In this document: positions 37,694 to 50,870 of the stretch, piece by piece
Layout: the number at the start of each line of letters is the position of its first letter
How positions within the stretch are numbered: position 1 is the first letter of the stretch
From: Podarcis melisellensis
Taxonomy: Eukaryota
Direction: 5' to 3' (one strand)
Length of the DNA stretch: 64,000 nt
NCBI GenBank assembly: GCA_964234715.1
Contig: OZ174284.1
Program-made: the position numbers and the translations under genes
The notes under the pieces: generated by a model
Told to the model about the DNA's origin: nothing
The model's database searches: none
The model's input: the letters and a program-made list of their open reading frames with translations, nothing else

Positions 37694-39681
37694 TTTTGGC
37701 AGCCACTTCCAGTCACCAGTCTAGCTGCCTAGTCTAGTTAAAATTATTCTGTCCATTTTTGCTTTTGATTCCACCGGTCACCGGCATATAACTTGCAGAA
37801 GGTTGACTAGAAGGATAAGTAACACTTGGGCTGAAAAATGTCCCCCAATCCCTAGTGTACACAAACACCACTTTTATTTTCAGGTACCCACAGAATCATC
37901 CAGGAGCAAGATTGTCAGAACATGTGAGATGCCATGTGCATTTCACATAAGTCTTATTTGGGTTTTCTTGAAGCCTATCTGTGTAGTGCAGGGAAGGAGA
38001 ATTTGTGGCCTCCAGATCTTGTTGTACCACAACTCGCATTAGCCCCAGTGGTAAGGGATAATGGAAGGTGTAATCTAACATCATTTGGAGAGCCACAAGT
38101 TCTCCATTCTTGGTAAAGGGGCTACTGGCAGCGGCCCTATCCCACTGTGCCCCTGTGATTGGGAATTCTGATGGCACAGGGTTCCTGATCACAATGAGGA
38201 ACAAGCACATTTAGTTGAATACACTTACAATTCTCCTTAAATTCTTCTTCCCACTCAGTGTAAGTAGGTGTGTGTGGAGGGGAAGCACACACATCACCAC
38301 ATGGATAGATTTTAGGAACATCTGAAGAGGGTCTATGTGCAGCACTGCTTTGCTATATCATCATCCTGTCTTTGACTACCATAAAGTCCCCTATTTGCTA
38401 GGGCTAGGCTGATGTCAGGCTTGCATTATATATTTTGTATTTTTATTTGAACCCCAAGATCCACCAAGCCTCGTGTGAAATAGATACACTAAAATGAAAT
38501 AATACTGTAATAAAAATGTTGAACCCAGGAATTTGTTTTGAACTGGACTGAGTCCAGAAGATGGTGTATAGGCAATACGTGCAAAATAACATCCAAATGA
38601 CATAATAAGTTCTTATTCCAGACTACCATTTGTATAGAAGGTGATAAATAATTTATGTTAACTGGAAGGTTTTATAATGCGAGGGGAGACATGTACATAA
38701 CAAAGCTGTACCATTCAGTTGCAAATGAGTCTTTGAGCTTCAAACCTTGTGCAATTTTATTTTGTTAGTCAGTTTTTCCAGTATCTCGTTATTATGAGTC
38801 TGTCTGCTATGCTAGTAAAAGAGAACTTATTAGAGGTTTGAGCTGTAAGTTAATATTTTCTCCCATGAAAAGACTGAGCTGCATAGACTCTGGATATTTA
38901 GAGATGTTTTCTCCAGTAATTGCTTTTATTTTGGCAAATACTTCCTAATAACATAAAATGATAGTGATGATGATAGAATTGGACTGAGTCATAAGTCGTT
39001 CCGCCCAAAAGTATCCCCTCTCCTGCAACACAGTTCCTTCATGTCACCAGTATAATTTAGCAGGGGGTAGCATTTTTGTTGTTGAAGTAAGATCAGATTG
39101 AAATTACCCCGAGATCTACCAGTAGATAATTCTGCCCACCGCTGTGCTAGAAGACAGCAATTATATTATTCATCCTGACTCCTGTGTGGCTATACACCTC
39201 TCTGGCCCCTACCGACCAACCTTTGCAGAATGAGAGGCCACGCTCAACAGAAGAAAATGGATGCCCCTGGTTTACATTATCACTTACCCCAGATGGAGAA
39301 GGTGTGTCAAAAGTCTCAACTTCTGGTGCCCTCGCCCTCTGAAGGGCATTCAGCAGTTGTAATACTAACGGCATAGCCCTATGTATGTGTACTCAGAAGT
39401 AAGTTCCACTGAGTCAAATCTGGCTTATTCCCAGTTAAATGTATATAGGATTGCAGAGTCAATTAGTTACTTTAAGCAGAGTTTGCAATCTAGTGTCTGT
39501 ACCTTTAAATTGATGAGTTGAGTTTCTAGACACCAGATTTTTTTTAAAAAATATCCAGGTACTTGGCAACCTTTACATTCTGCCCCATCTTATCCTATCT
39601 ATTCCTTGTCTCCCCAAAAACAGTTTAGCACAAGGCCTGTTTACAAAGCATGGGAGACGTACTATAGAATGAATGTCACCA

Positions 39682-39694
39682 GTTGCCTAGCAAC
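39682..39694. promoter_or_regulatory. RFX X-box-like motif GTTGCCTAGCAAC
   Basis: Match to the palindromic RFX consensus; function unknown. Confidence 0.35.
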
Positions 39695-40917
39695 TACCCT
39701 ATGCTGGTTCAGCTCTCTCCCTCTGGCCTAGTCCCAGGCTTGAGCCCTTTAGCCTCAGTGGACTATGAGAAGTGGAAGCCATTAGCACTGTTTTGCTGTT
39801 TATATGTTTGCATCCGTTTTTTATGATACTGCTTTATTGTTGCTCTGAGTCTTTTAAAATATTAAAAGAGTTTAAAGTAAATATACCGCACCATAATACA
39901 TATCTATATCGTTGAGACTGTGTGTGTGTGTGTTACTTCATTAACTACAGTACTTATATGACTGTTCACACACATACTTGTGACAAACTAGAAACACGGG
40001 GGAGTTGCTATATTCTAGATAAACACAGTCTTTATCTATGGCTGTTTCTTCGTTGTTTTAATTCACTGTATTAATTCATTTTTCTGTATTAATTCACAGG
40101 ATGTATTTTTGATACTGGTGCAGGTTATCAAAACAGCCTTGTCTATAGGAGGAATGTGGACTCCAAAACTAACTTAACTGGCTCCATAATTGCTTCTGGG
40201 CCCAATTCCAAGTGCTGATAAACCTTACATAAACCCAATTCCAAGTGCATTTGAAACCTTACATGACCTGGGGTGGAAGATACCTTAAGAACTGCCTTTG
40301 CACATATGAAACCTACTTTCTCACTTAGTCTTCAGCTGAGTCCCAAGCTGTCCTTCTGCCTTTTCAGAGAGGCCATAGGCCCAGCCATAGCTCTGGCATA
40401 CAGCAGGTTACAGGTTCAATCCCTGGCATTTATATGTAAGACTGGGAAAGACCCCCATCTACAACCATACAGTAGCACTGCCAGAAAATTCTGAGCTAGA
40501 TGGAGCTAAGAATGGTCTGACTCAGTAAGAGGCAGCTTCATATATGTTCTTCTCAGGTTAGATGGGTGTGTATGTGGGGAAGGGCCACTGAAGTCAGGCT
40601 TTGAAATTCTCTTTCCCAGGATGCTCATTTGGCCCCCTGACTCTTGGTCTCTTGCTGTTCTGTAAAAACTTTTATTTCAGGGGGTTTGCAGATGAGGTAG
40701 AGGTTACTTGCAGCTGATACGTGTTTTGCTCATGATGCTGATTTTATTTCTCTTCTTTTTGTATGTTTTATGGCGGGTTTTGGGTTGCATTTTTTTTTTT
40801 TTAGGTGAAGCTGATATTTCTGGCAAGATGTTTTGAAATGTAGAAGCAGGAGAAGTATGTTATAAACACAAAACCATTGCCTCATGGTGGGGTGCATTTT
40901 GATTTGAATGTATAGAG

Positions 40918-41153
40918 CATGGGGAGGCAAACTAAGGCCAGGGGCCGGATCCGGCCCAATCACCTTCTAAATCCGGCCCGCAGACGGTCTGGGAATCAGT
41001 GTGTTTTTACATGAGTAGAATGTGTCCTTTTATTTAAAATGCATCCCTGGGTTATTTGTGGGGCATAGGAATTCAAAAGATATAGTCCGGCCCCCCCAAA
41101 AGGTCTGAGGGACAGTGGACCGGCCCCCTGCTGAAAAAGTTTGCTGACCCCTG
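40918..41153. mobile_element. Non-autonomous hAT (Charlie-like) element
   Basis: Imperfect TIRs catggggaggcaaact / caggggtcagcaaact; perfect 8-bp TSD gtatagag (40910-40917, 41154-41161). Confidence 0.9.
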
Positions 41154-42077
41154 GTATAGAGCTCCTTGCACACTTTACTGCAGAAGAGAACATTAAAGAA
41201 GTGAGAAAGTAATGTTTGTATTTCAAATTTTATGATGGCAGCAAGGGATGCAGCTGTAAGGAAAAGGATTATGTGCCACAGTGTGAAGGGCCTTCCCTAT
41301 AGTTTGTGATGTATCTATCTTAATACCTGCAGATCTTTCCCCTTTATGTGTTATGTGTTTAGAAGGTTATCCCAGAGCTTCTGTTTGGATCACTAGGCTT
41401 TTTATGACAGAAAAGGGAGAGGAAAGAGGAGACAGGGAAGGATTGTAGCAAAAGTTAATTTTTATTCATAGAAGTTTGTGTGTTTCAAATCTTGCCTTAG
41501 GCACTCTCATGAAAAGAGTGTAAAAGCTGACAATACTAAATAAAAGGGGATTCCATATACTTCTAATAGCATTGATGGTTCATCATGCAAGTTTAATTTT
41601 TCAAATTAGCAACTAAAGCAGGCCTAATGCGAACTTATTTCCATACTGGCTCAAGTTGAATTGGGAAGCACCATAGCTCAGTGGTAGAGAACATGCTTTG
41701 AATTTAGAATTCCTGGCATCTTCACATAAAAACATCAGATGGCAGGTGATGGGCAAGACCTCCCATCAACCGCAGTATACAATACTGGGCTAGATGGACA
41801 AATAGTCTTGACCTGGTATAAGGCAGATTCTTCTGGTTTTGCAACTGGCCCACACTCAGAATCCGAATCCATGGCTTGGGTTGGGTTTGCAAACTGCGTT
41901 TTGAGGTGGGCTTAGCAAACTGTGGTTTGGCATGTTGTCTGAATTCACTAACTATAGTTGTGGCTCTATCTTTCGAAGCCCCTGTTCCATGGAGGTGGCT
42001 GTAAGCTTATAAAGCTGAGAGGAAATAAATGAAAGCTAGCAAGCTGGGCTACTTGCCTATCTTATATAGGGCATGCT

Positions 42078-42152
42078 GGTTCTTCCTGCCTAAGTGTAGA
42101 ACCTTACGTTGAAATTCATTTTGTTAGTTTTGGACCAATTCCCAAGTCTGTT
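42078..42152 (-). mobile_element. CR1 internal fragment, inverted
   Basis: Reverse complement resembles 27140-27222 (aactaacaaaatgaatttca...ggcaggaagaacc). Confidence 0.65.
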
Positions 42153-42335
42153 ATGTGTGAAACAGACATAACAAGGATGGAGGAAACTGTGGCCCTCCAT
42201 ATGTTACTGGACTCCAGCTCCCATCATCCTTGACCACAGACCATGCTGAGTGGGGATCACGGGAGAGAGTCCAGCAACATTTGGAGGATCACATTTCCCC
42301 CCATCTCTGGTATAGGCAATACTGAGCCAGATAAT

Positions 42336-42517
42336 CTGGAAGAATATTCTGACAGTAAGAGTTGTTTGACAGTGTGGACTCCCCTTCCTTGGAGGTTTTT
42401 GAAGCACAGGTTGGATGGCTATCTCTCATGGATGCTTTAGTTGAGATTCCTGCATTGCAGGGGGTTGGGCAAGATGACCCTTGGGATCACATCCAACTCT
42501 ACAATCAATTCTATGAT
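42336..42517 (+). mobile_element. CR1 3'-end fragment
   Basis: Similar to 27740-27930, ending caattctatgat. Confidence 0.85.
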
Positions 42518-45500
42518 CTGATTTATCATAGGATGCTGTCTATGGTCTATCTGGATACAGACAGTTTTAAGCAACATGCTGAGGATCTTTAATATGATTG
42601 CGGATGCAAAGGAGATAACGTACCACATTCTACTATGTGCACAACAGAGGTACACACTGTCAATGTTTATCATGAAACTCAGCAAGTCTAGTGCTAAGTG
42701 CATAGTATTTAATCCACACCGATTGTTAGCTGAATATTCAGATGAAGCGAAGGAAGAAAGGATCTGGCTTTATTGCTGGTTTCTGTACAACTTGGCAAAG
42801 CAATGCTATTTATTCAAGGTGCAAACTACTTTACCATCCAGAACCAAAGGTGTTTTAGGAGTTCAGTGTTCTCAAGGCCTCCTATGTGCCTTTTATTGCT
42901 ATTACTTTCAGTGACAAGGAGACACAACAAAGAGAAAATATTTCCAGAGTTCATTTAATTAGTTTGCAAATTTGCAAAGAAAAACTAGGAGTATGAAATT
43001 CTCCCACTGTCTCGAGAGTGAGCTGAACCAATAATATTTTAAAGAAACCCCTTCCAAAGCAGACTACTGCCAAAACCAGTTCATTCCTGAACTCCGGCAG
43101 CCTTGCCATGTTTGAGAAATAGAAAGTGTTGCCACTGTGATAAAATTTTTATCTGTTTTGTAGAATAAAGGTGGGTCAACAGATTCAGAACAGAAGCAAC
43201 ATTAGAAATATACCACAAGCAAGAGGCCTACACATCATTCTCATTGATCAGGTATTAATAAAATACAGTGGATGCATATTTATTTCTGTGGGATATTCTT
43301 AAAGCTGAAAATAAACCCCTGGAAACTTTTTTGATATGGATTTAACAGTTTGCGTTCTCTTTGACCTGTCTCCATGTTCCAGCTCTTTAGTAGTATGAAA
43401 GGAGGGCTTGTGCACTGGAAGGATTGTGTATGTGTGTACATGTGCATGCACAAACATTGTTGTGTACTTTGTGCACAAATCCACACTTGGCTTGCATGAA
43501 AAACCCCAGTTTTAGAGGAACAGCTCATTAGGTATCAATAGTGGAAGACAAGTTTGGCTCCCTTAGTGCAGTGCTTTACTTCTCTCAATAGCAGTGAATG
43601 GCTCTTACATACTTATTTAGAATTAAGGGGGCTCACTCAGGGAACACCGAGGAAGAGGTCAAATCTGCTCCACACCTTTGATGGAGTTCAGGGTTAGCCA
43701 ACACAGTGTCTTCCTGATATTGTTAAAACTCTAACCCCCAATAGCCCCAGCCAGCATGACCATTGGTCAAAAATACTGCGAGTCGTAGTGCAACAATATC
43801 TGGATTGTACCACGTTTGCTATCCTTGCTCCATTTATTTAGAATCAAGATTGTCCCTTTCTGTATAGTTACATACTAGGTTCTGTTTCTCAGTATGAGGG
43901 CTAGAGCATGAGCAGCTATCACTACCTTCTCCTGTAAGAAACTTGCTGAGCTTGTGAGGTAATAGGATGTTCATAAACATTCTGATTTGTTTAGAAGAAT
44001 GTTGTTAGCAACAATGAGAATATTAGCAGCAATGCACTTTAGCAGAAAAGAGAGAGATAGTTACCGTAGGAAAAAACCTCTCAATCTTGGGCCTTGATGA
44101 CAGGAAAATACATGTGTTGTTGGCAGCAGGCAAGGGACCTAAAGACATGATATTGGGAAGCAGGGTGCAAGGCGTCGAAGAGAACAGGGACAGAGGCTGA
44201 ATTTTATATATTGATTTGAAATCACTGGACAAATTTTTGGCTGCTGGTCAAAGTTCTCATTTTTCCTCTAAGAAGAACCAATGTATTACTTTAAGGCATC
44301 TTATTGCCTCGGGACTCCATGCATACTATAGAACCATAAACTGGAAATGCAAGCTCTGAATTATGTTAAGCAAATCCTTGTCCTGCCAAATCTTACTCTA
44401 AAGTATATTTTTCTTAGCACTAGCCAACACTTAATTTCAATCTAATGGACCGACTGCAGAAACTCCATCTCCAGGAAGTCTTCATCCCCCACCTCTTTAG
44501 GCTTGAATCAAAGGAGATAAACAATGGAGTAGAAAAGAAAAACTCAGAAACCTTTGAAACCTCAGAAAGATTGTTTGGAATTTATTCCCTTTTTAACGTG
44601 AAGAGGTAACATTTGCACAAAAACGTATTGTTTTCACAGCAACAAGAGTTCCAAAGTTACAGAATTTGAACACAAATGCACACTCTGCACCACCACAGTA
44701 AGGCCAAGAAAACAAAAATAAAAAAGGGTACAAGATCTCAAGTTTGAGATGTGAGGCTTTTCAGAGCACATTTCCCATTCTTCCCTGAGCCACAGCTTAA
44801 ATCTCAAAGCAGGGGATGTTTTTCCCCTTGGATTTTGCATTTCAAAATAGGGGGCATTTAAGCACACCCCAGTTTAATTGCTGGGAGGGGGAAAAACAAA
44901 ACCCGTTTCTTACGAGATTTAAGGTATTTTTCGCTGACACACAAGTAATATTGCATTCTGTTTAAGAAAATACTCAGAATAACTCACATCATCCCTCAAG
45001 AAATGCATATATATACAAATAACAATACAAGTCACTATGATCTACAAGGTTTGAGAAGGGATGAAAGGACAAAGAGAAAGGAATTTCATCTCTCCCAGGA
45101 AAAAAGTGTTCTCAACAGGATTTTATGGTGGATCCCCAACAATTGTATAAATTTTACATTTCATTTCTTCCCTGTAGCTATTCAAAAGTGATGTTCACTT
45201 TGAAAGCACATAACACTGCATTTTCCTATGTGCATCGTTTCCCCTTGATGCACCATGTCCAGACTCCTCATTTTGCTGCCTGCTCATGTGCCCTGTGGTT
45301 GGACACATTCTTCCCTCCACATCAATCCCACCATAAAAACCTAGTAAGAACACTGAAGGGGAATGCAACGGGGTCTAGGAACAGTCTCTCAAGAAAGCTT
45401 CCGGGCTGAGCTCTGGAAGGCTATTTTCCACAGGGTAGGGACACTATCTTCAGCCATTCAACATGCATGCTTAACAGTAACCTTCCAGCTACACGGGACC

Positions 45501-47689
45501 TTTGATTTCATACTAAAAGTGATTCCATACATTATGGTAGTTCAGTGCAGGCCACAAGAAATGCAACCATACACTGGTATTCTGTACAGGAGATGACTAA
45601 ACCGCTTCTGGCACAGCAGAACACTGTGTCGGAAGCCAGAGCGCATGGAAACACTGTTTACAGACTACACAATAGAGCCAATCTATTATTGTGCAATTAA
45701 TGCTGATTAGGGTCTCTTGTGGAGCAGCCATCAAACTCCAGGTGGCTGCTTTAATATATAAAATAATCCTAACCTCTTTGAAGAGACAGACCTTGCTTGG
45801 GTCTCTCTGCACATAATGTGGCATAAATCCTGGAGTCCCACTGTTCTACCCAGCTTCAGGTCCACAGTAACATTTAGAAAAAGAACTGTATCCTTATACC
45901 TACTTGTTCAGAATCCACCGCACACAGTTTTGATTGGCCTGCAGAGTTTTTTAAAAAATGGTTGCTATCTTGCTGCAGTGGACACAGTAAAAACTAAGCA
46001 ACATTTCAAAAAACATTTCAAAAAAACTTCTCAAATGCTGCCTTCATTGTGCAAGGTTACCAAGACCGTCTCTAGACTTCCTAAAAAGTATTCTGTCACA
46101 GGTGGAAAATTGTATCACATCAGCCCAAATGTTTGCTAACCTACGATTAATTCTGTAAAGAACATGTTCCGTTAAAACAGAAATTGGTGCTGTTTGAGTA
46201 CTGGCAGAGTTCATGCCAAATTTGGGGCAAGTGAATTTTGCAGCATTACCTATCAAGTGCATTTTAAACCAGGGTGACAGCTAATAATAATTTAAGGAAC
46301 TATATTAACTGAGATCAAGTTTAGTACAATTTATAGTTTGTAAAGCATATGCTGAATCAAAAAAAATACTTATACACTAGTTATTATGTCAAAAAACAAA
46401 GAATTATATTCATTCAGATCATGGTTTGTTGAGACTAAAGGTAGTATTCTAATATTTTAAAATTTGTGTCCGGGAGACATTATATAATCTTATTAAATTA
46501 CATATATACGGACATTCTTCACTGATTCTATACTGCAAGTATGTTCTTGTAACATTACCATTAGCACAATTTAACACAGAGCTTAACCATGCTTATACTG
46601 AATCATGGCCCACAGAAATATGTCTTAACTTCTCCCTGTGCAATTAAATGGCAATTCCTGCTTCTCATTGGTATACATTGGATGAACCAATGCAGTTTCA
46701 GGATTCAACAATAAGTTTGTTACAACCAACAATATAATTTCTGTTGTTTTTTTAAACAAAATTATTCAGTGCTCTATTGAGGAAAGGGACAAATTTACTG
46801 ATACACCTTTTTAAGTAAGAAAGAAGAATCTGCCAAAATGGCATCAAAGGGAATAGAAGATGCAGCTCCTCTAATCACTGATAAAAGAAGAGCATAGAGC
46901 ACCTCTAATCACTGATCAAAGATTACACCCTCTTTCCCTCTTCCTGTGTTTTAAAAACAAATACACAAGCAAATTCAGCTTGCATTCTGCAGATATGGGT
47001 GCATGCTACTAGAAACCCATCAAAAGCTCCTTCAAGTATATGAAAGAGCAACTGAAGTCCTACAACCCAACTTTCTGTCCATGTGAAATGCTGCAAATTC
47101 CATAGTGGAGTGCTGGCCTCCACTAAAAACAGCAACTATGTGTTCCAAGATTTGACTGTTAGTCTGAAAAAAGGTCATATTTAAGTCCTAGTATTTCATG
47201 ATTACTTGCCACATTCCAGCCACCTCACTATAGTGCAATTAGCTTACTTCACTGGAATATACCGTTAAGGACAGATATACTCCACTGATAATACTATTTA
47301 CTTCCCCTCTTTCAAAGGAGGATATTAGTACAAATTCTCTCAATTTCCTATATTTCTTTTCTTTTCTTTTTTAAAATTAGAATGCTTTTGACTATGTGTG
47401 TAACATTCCAGTGACCTAGCTCGTGGTGAATTACCTTAATTTCATTACCCCTAAAAGTTATTGAGTGAAAACCAACCGCCTTTATATAAAATTGTAAGGG
47501 CAAAATGCAAAGAGACTGTTCCAAGCCCACTGGACCCACAGGAGGATTAATACATTCAAAAATATTTTACAGACATTTACAACGAAGTGCAGAAAGAACA
47601 ATACTTCCGTGTTAAAAAAAAAAAGACATGTATAAAAAATGACACTCACTGTAAAACATTCCAAAATACAAGAGACATACAACTATTAC

Positions 47690-47743
47690 AGAATACAACC
47701 ATTGAAAAGCAAGGGATTTTTTTCCACCCCCACTCCTTTTATT
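47690..47743 (-). promoter_or_regulatory. Candidate distal polyA site for the short isoform (AATAAA at 47738-47743 plus GU/U-rich downstream element)
   Basis: On the minus strand, AATAAA is followed by ttgcttttcaatggttgtattctgtaatagttgtatgtc, within a 3'UTR-like block (47480-47980). Confidence 0.4.
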
Positions 47744-50370
47744 GGCACCAGCAGCAATTGTGTCACAAAGGCAAATGCAGAGAGTGCTTGACACAAAATC
47801 CCAGGAAGACAGTACAAGAAAAAGGCGTAATACAGAGTTTGCCAGAAGCATGCCAGAGTTCAGCACAAGAAAGCGCCTGTCACAGCTTTCACCACCCCTG
47901 CACCAGCAGAAAGGGTTGCACGTTTGGGAGACAGTGTGCAAGAAGTGTAACCGGATAGCAGCAAACATCAAAAGCTAACTCACTTAAAGCACTCACATGT
48001 GCCACACACACTCCTGGGCAGACCAGGAGGTGGACATCAAGAGAAGATTTGGTCTATCCTAATGGCTAAATACTGAGCTTTGAGATCAGTTAATTTCCCT
48101 CTTTGTAACAGAATAGGGGAAGTCACAAAACACCTATAATGCAAGAGCCACACATGCCAGAGAGCGAAATTATCTCACAATAAAAATTGCTTATTGTTTC
48201 CTGACCATTATTCTAATGCCTCAGTACAGAAGAGCTCTCTTCTCTACTATTCAAGTTCGCCAACAAGTAGGGAAGGGAGGCGCATAAAATTTCATAGTAA
48301 CCAAGCAAATACTGATTGCAGATTTGTTTGAAACATGCAAATAGAGTAAGCACAGCTCCACTAGCATGCATTTACCTATTCCACGGGAACCAAGGGTCAG
48401 CTTGGAATGGGCAGCTGACCATGAACACAGGCCAATGGGAGGTGCAGATTTCTATTCGTTCCAAGACTGCACTTCTCCGCTTCCCCCACTACCATCCAAT
48501 TACATTCTATTAAAATCACATTTCCCCCCTTTTCAAATCACCATCATTTTCCACATTATGAAATGCCAATCTCTGCATGAATTCAAGTGTCCGAAACATG
48601 CAGTTAATAGAATTATATCTCTACCTCAATGGCAATTCAGAGTTTGCATGAGGACAGACCAGCCTCGTAGAGGACTGCCAAAGTCTGAAACTTCTCTGAT
48701 TAGGATACTTCAGCTGGAATTTAGGGACTGAAACGTTTTTTATCAGCTCTGAACACATAAAATGCTGGCTTCTGATTATCTGAAATATTTCCCCCCAGCA
48801 CTGTCTTTAACTATTATAATAGTTCATGGTGCTTATATAACACAAAGGTCAGAATTAATTATTCAATTCATTATTGCTGGATTCTACTTTGTAGTGATTA
48901 CAATATCTATAGACACATAAATAGGTATATGTAAACAAAGACACATGAAAGAGTCCTGATCTTAAACTTTAAACATATAGAGATTCCTCTAGCAGCCTCC
49001 TATGAAAATACACATTAATTTCCCATATTCTTTGAGTGATTAGCAAACTTATACATTCAAGTTAATTTTGAACTCAGCAGAGAGCCAAAAATTATCTGCT
49101 TTTTGCCCTGACCAGCAGGGAACTAGAACTAAAAGTTAGATGGCTTACAGGGAATGTAGGACAGGTTTCACTACAATATTAGGCCAAGAATAATTATTGC
49201 TAAACTGAAATTAACAAGGTAAAGAGCTGGTGAAATATGCTAGACCAAGTTGGCAACTCCAACTGCAATCAACTTCTGCAAGATTGTCAGTCTCATGACA
49301 ACAGAGGCAGAAGCTCAACACAAGCAGTATTCAGAGCCTGAACTCTTAAAAGTTATCTGAACAACCACATCCAATCTCTGATCAAGCAATTTAATCAGTG
49401 CAAAATTCCAGAACTCTGTTTCCACAGCCAAATGACTCCTATCCAATAGTTACAAGAAGCTGTGTTTTCACATTTGAAAGACTTGCTTAATACAAAATGT
49501 TTTTCAGAGCTTACTTAAATATTAAATCTCTTTCATTTTGCTTCAGGGTGGGAAATGCCACACAAATACAGAAACTGTACAATGCTATTGAGTGCACACA
49601 ACTAAAAATAAATAAATGAAAAAACATATCTTGAATGATCCTTCAATTGGATTTTTTCATACTATTTAGAAACGTTTAGCCAATGGAAGGGTAACAGTTT
49701 AGTTCCTACGCACGACTACGGCTATATAATTTAATTCTACATAAAAAAATAAAATCTAAATCTGTTTGGCTTGGAAGATTCCGCAACTAGAATCCAGTCT
49801 GGCCTCTTATCAAGTGCTATTCAAATTTAATCACCAAAAGGTCAAAGTAAAAGTCCGTCCAAACAAGAGTTTGTGGCACAAATTGAGTCTATCGCTCTCT
49901 CTCACACAGAGACAGGAATCAAGTTTAAGATTAACCAGAATGCCCTCAACAGCATACAGCTTGGTTTGTCAGCCCCAGTCCAGAACAGCAAAGCATATAT
50001 TTTGGGAGAAATTTCCACAACCTGCCAACACCAAGATCACCCAGAGTTAAAGGCTGTGAAAGACAACAAGGAATGTATAGCAGGCATGGTTCAAAACGTA
50101 TCAACAAGGTTTTGATGTTTTGCTATTCAGACACCATGTTGGTGAGAACTAGAAGATAGTTTTGCAGGTGAACACAGAAATCCAGTCAATGGACTTCTTC
50201 ATAACATGCTAATGCTATATTTAATTCACTCAGCAATGTAGATTTTGCAGACTAAGGGTTGCATCCAGCTACGTTCTACTCAGAGTAGACCTGATGAAAT
50301 TAATTAAGCTAAGTTAGTCGTGTCCATTAATTTCAATTGGTCTGTTCTGGGTATGACTAGCAATTTTTAA

Positions 50371-50376
50371 TTTATT
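50371..50376 (-). promoter_or_regulatory. Candidate proximal polyA signal (AATAAA) for the short isoform
   Basis: tttatt on +, about 165 nt downstream of the alternative stop. Such hexamers are common in AT-rich introns. Confidence 0.3.
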
Positions 50377-50540
50377 TGAACCTACCCAAGAAATCTTGAA
50401 CTGGGTATCTGTGTTTACCTGGACAGCATTCAGAACAGCAGCTTTGTCTTACAAACCATAATGTAATCCCACCACCACATAACCCCTAATTTCCTCCTGC
50501 ACACATGTTACACAGCGTTACAAAAGTTGTTATTACTGTA

Positions 50541-50782
50541 TTAATATCCTAGTGCTGATAAAAACTCCCCCATTATCTGCACAAGAACCTCTGACTGGAC
50601 ATAGATAAAGGGGACTCCAAAAGCCATCAGCTGGCACATGAAAAAGGAGTCCAAAGGATTTTGGGCTACATGTTGCCCAACTGAGGAAACTGTGTTTTGC
50701 AGGAGCTGGCTTGCCACCCTAACTCTGTCAAAGAGGTGGAGCGAGTACTGCATCACCCTGCCAAACAAGGAAGCAGAGCTAC
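50541..50782 (-). CDS. MICAL3: Alternative C-terminus of a short MICAL3 isoform (80-aa read-through of the donor, ending ...QNPLDSFFMCQLMAFGVPFIYVQSEVLVQIMGEFLSALGY*)
   Basis: The frame stays open 242 nt into the intron to TAA at 50541-50543. It resembles the C-terminus I recall for short human MICAL3 isoforms (..QNPLDSFFMCQLLAFGVPFLY..). Confidence 0.8.
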
Positions 50783-50870
50783 CTGGAGTCCTCTCTGACG
50801 AAGTTGAGATGGAGTTTGCACGTCCTGCACCGTCAGCCGCCATGTTGTCCTGCTGGATCCCTTTGCTGTC
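50783..50870 (-). CDS. MICAL3: MICAL3 exon (DSKGIQQDNMAADGAGRANSISTSSERTP), phase 0/1; composite internal/terminal exon
   Basis: ccctcag|GAC acceptor, weak donor CCAG|gtagct, 88 nt. Confidence 0.93.
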
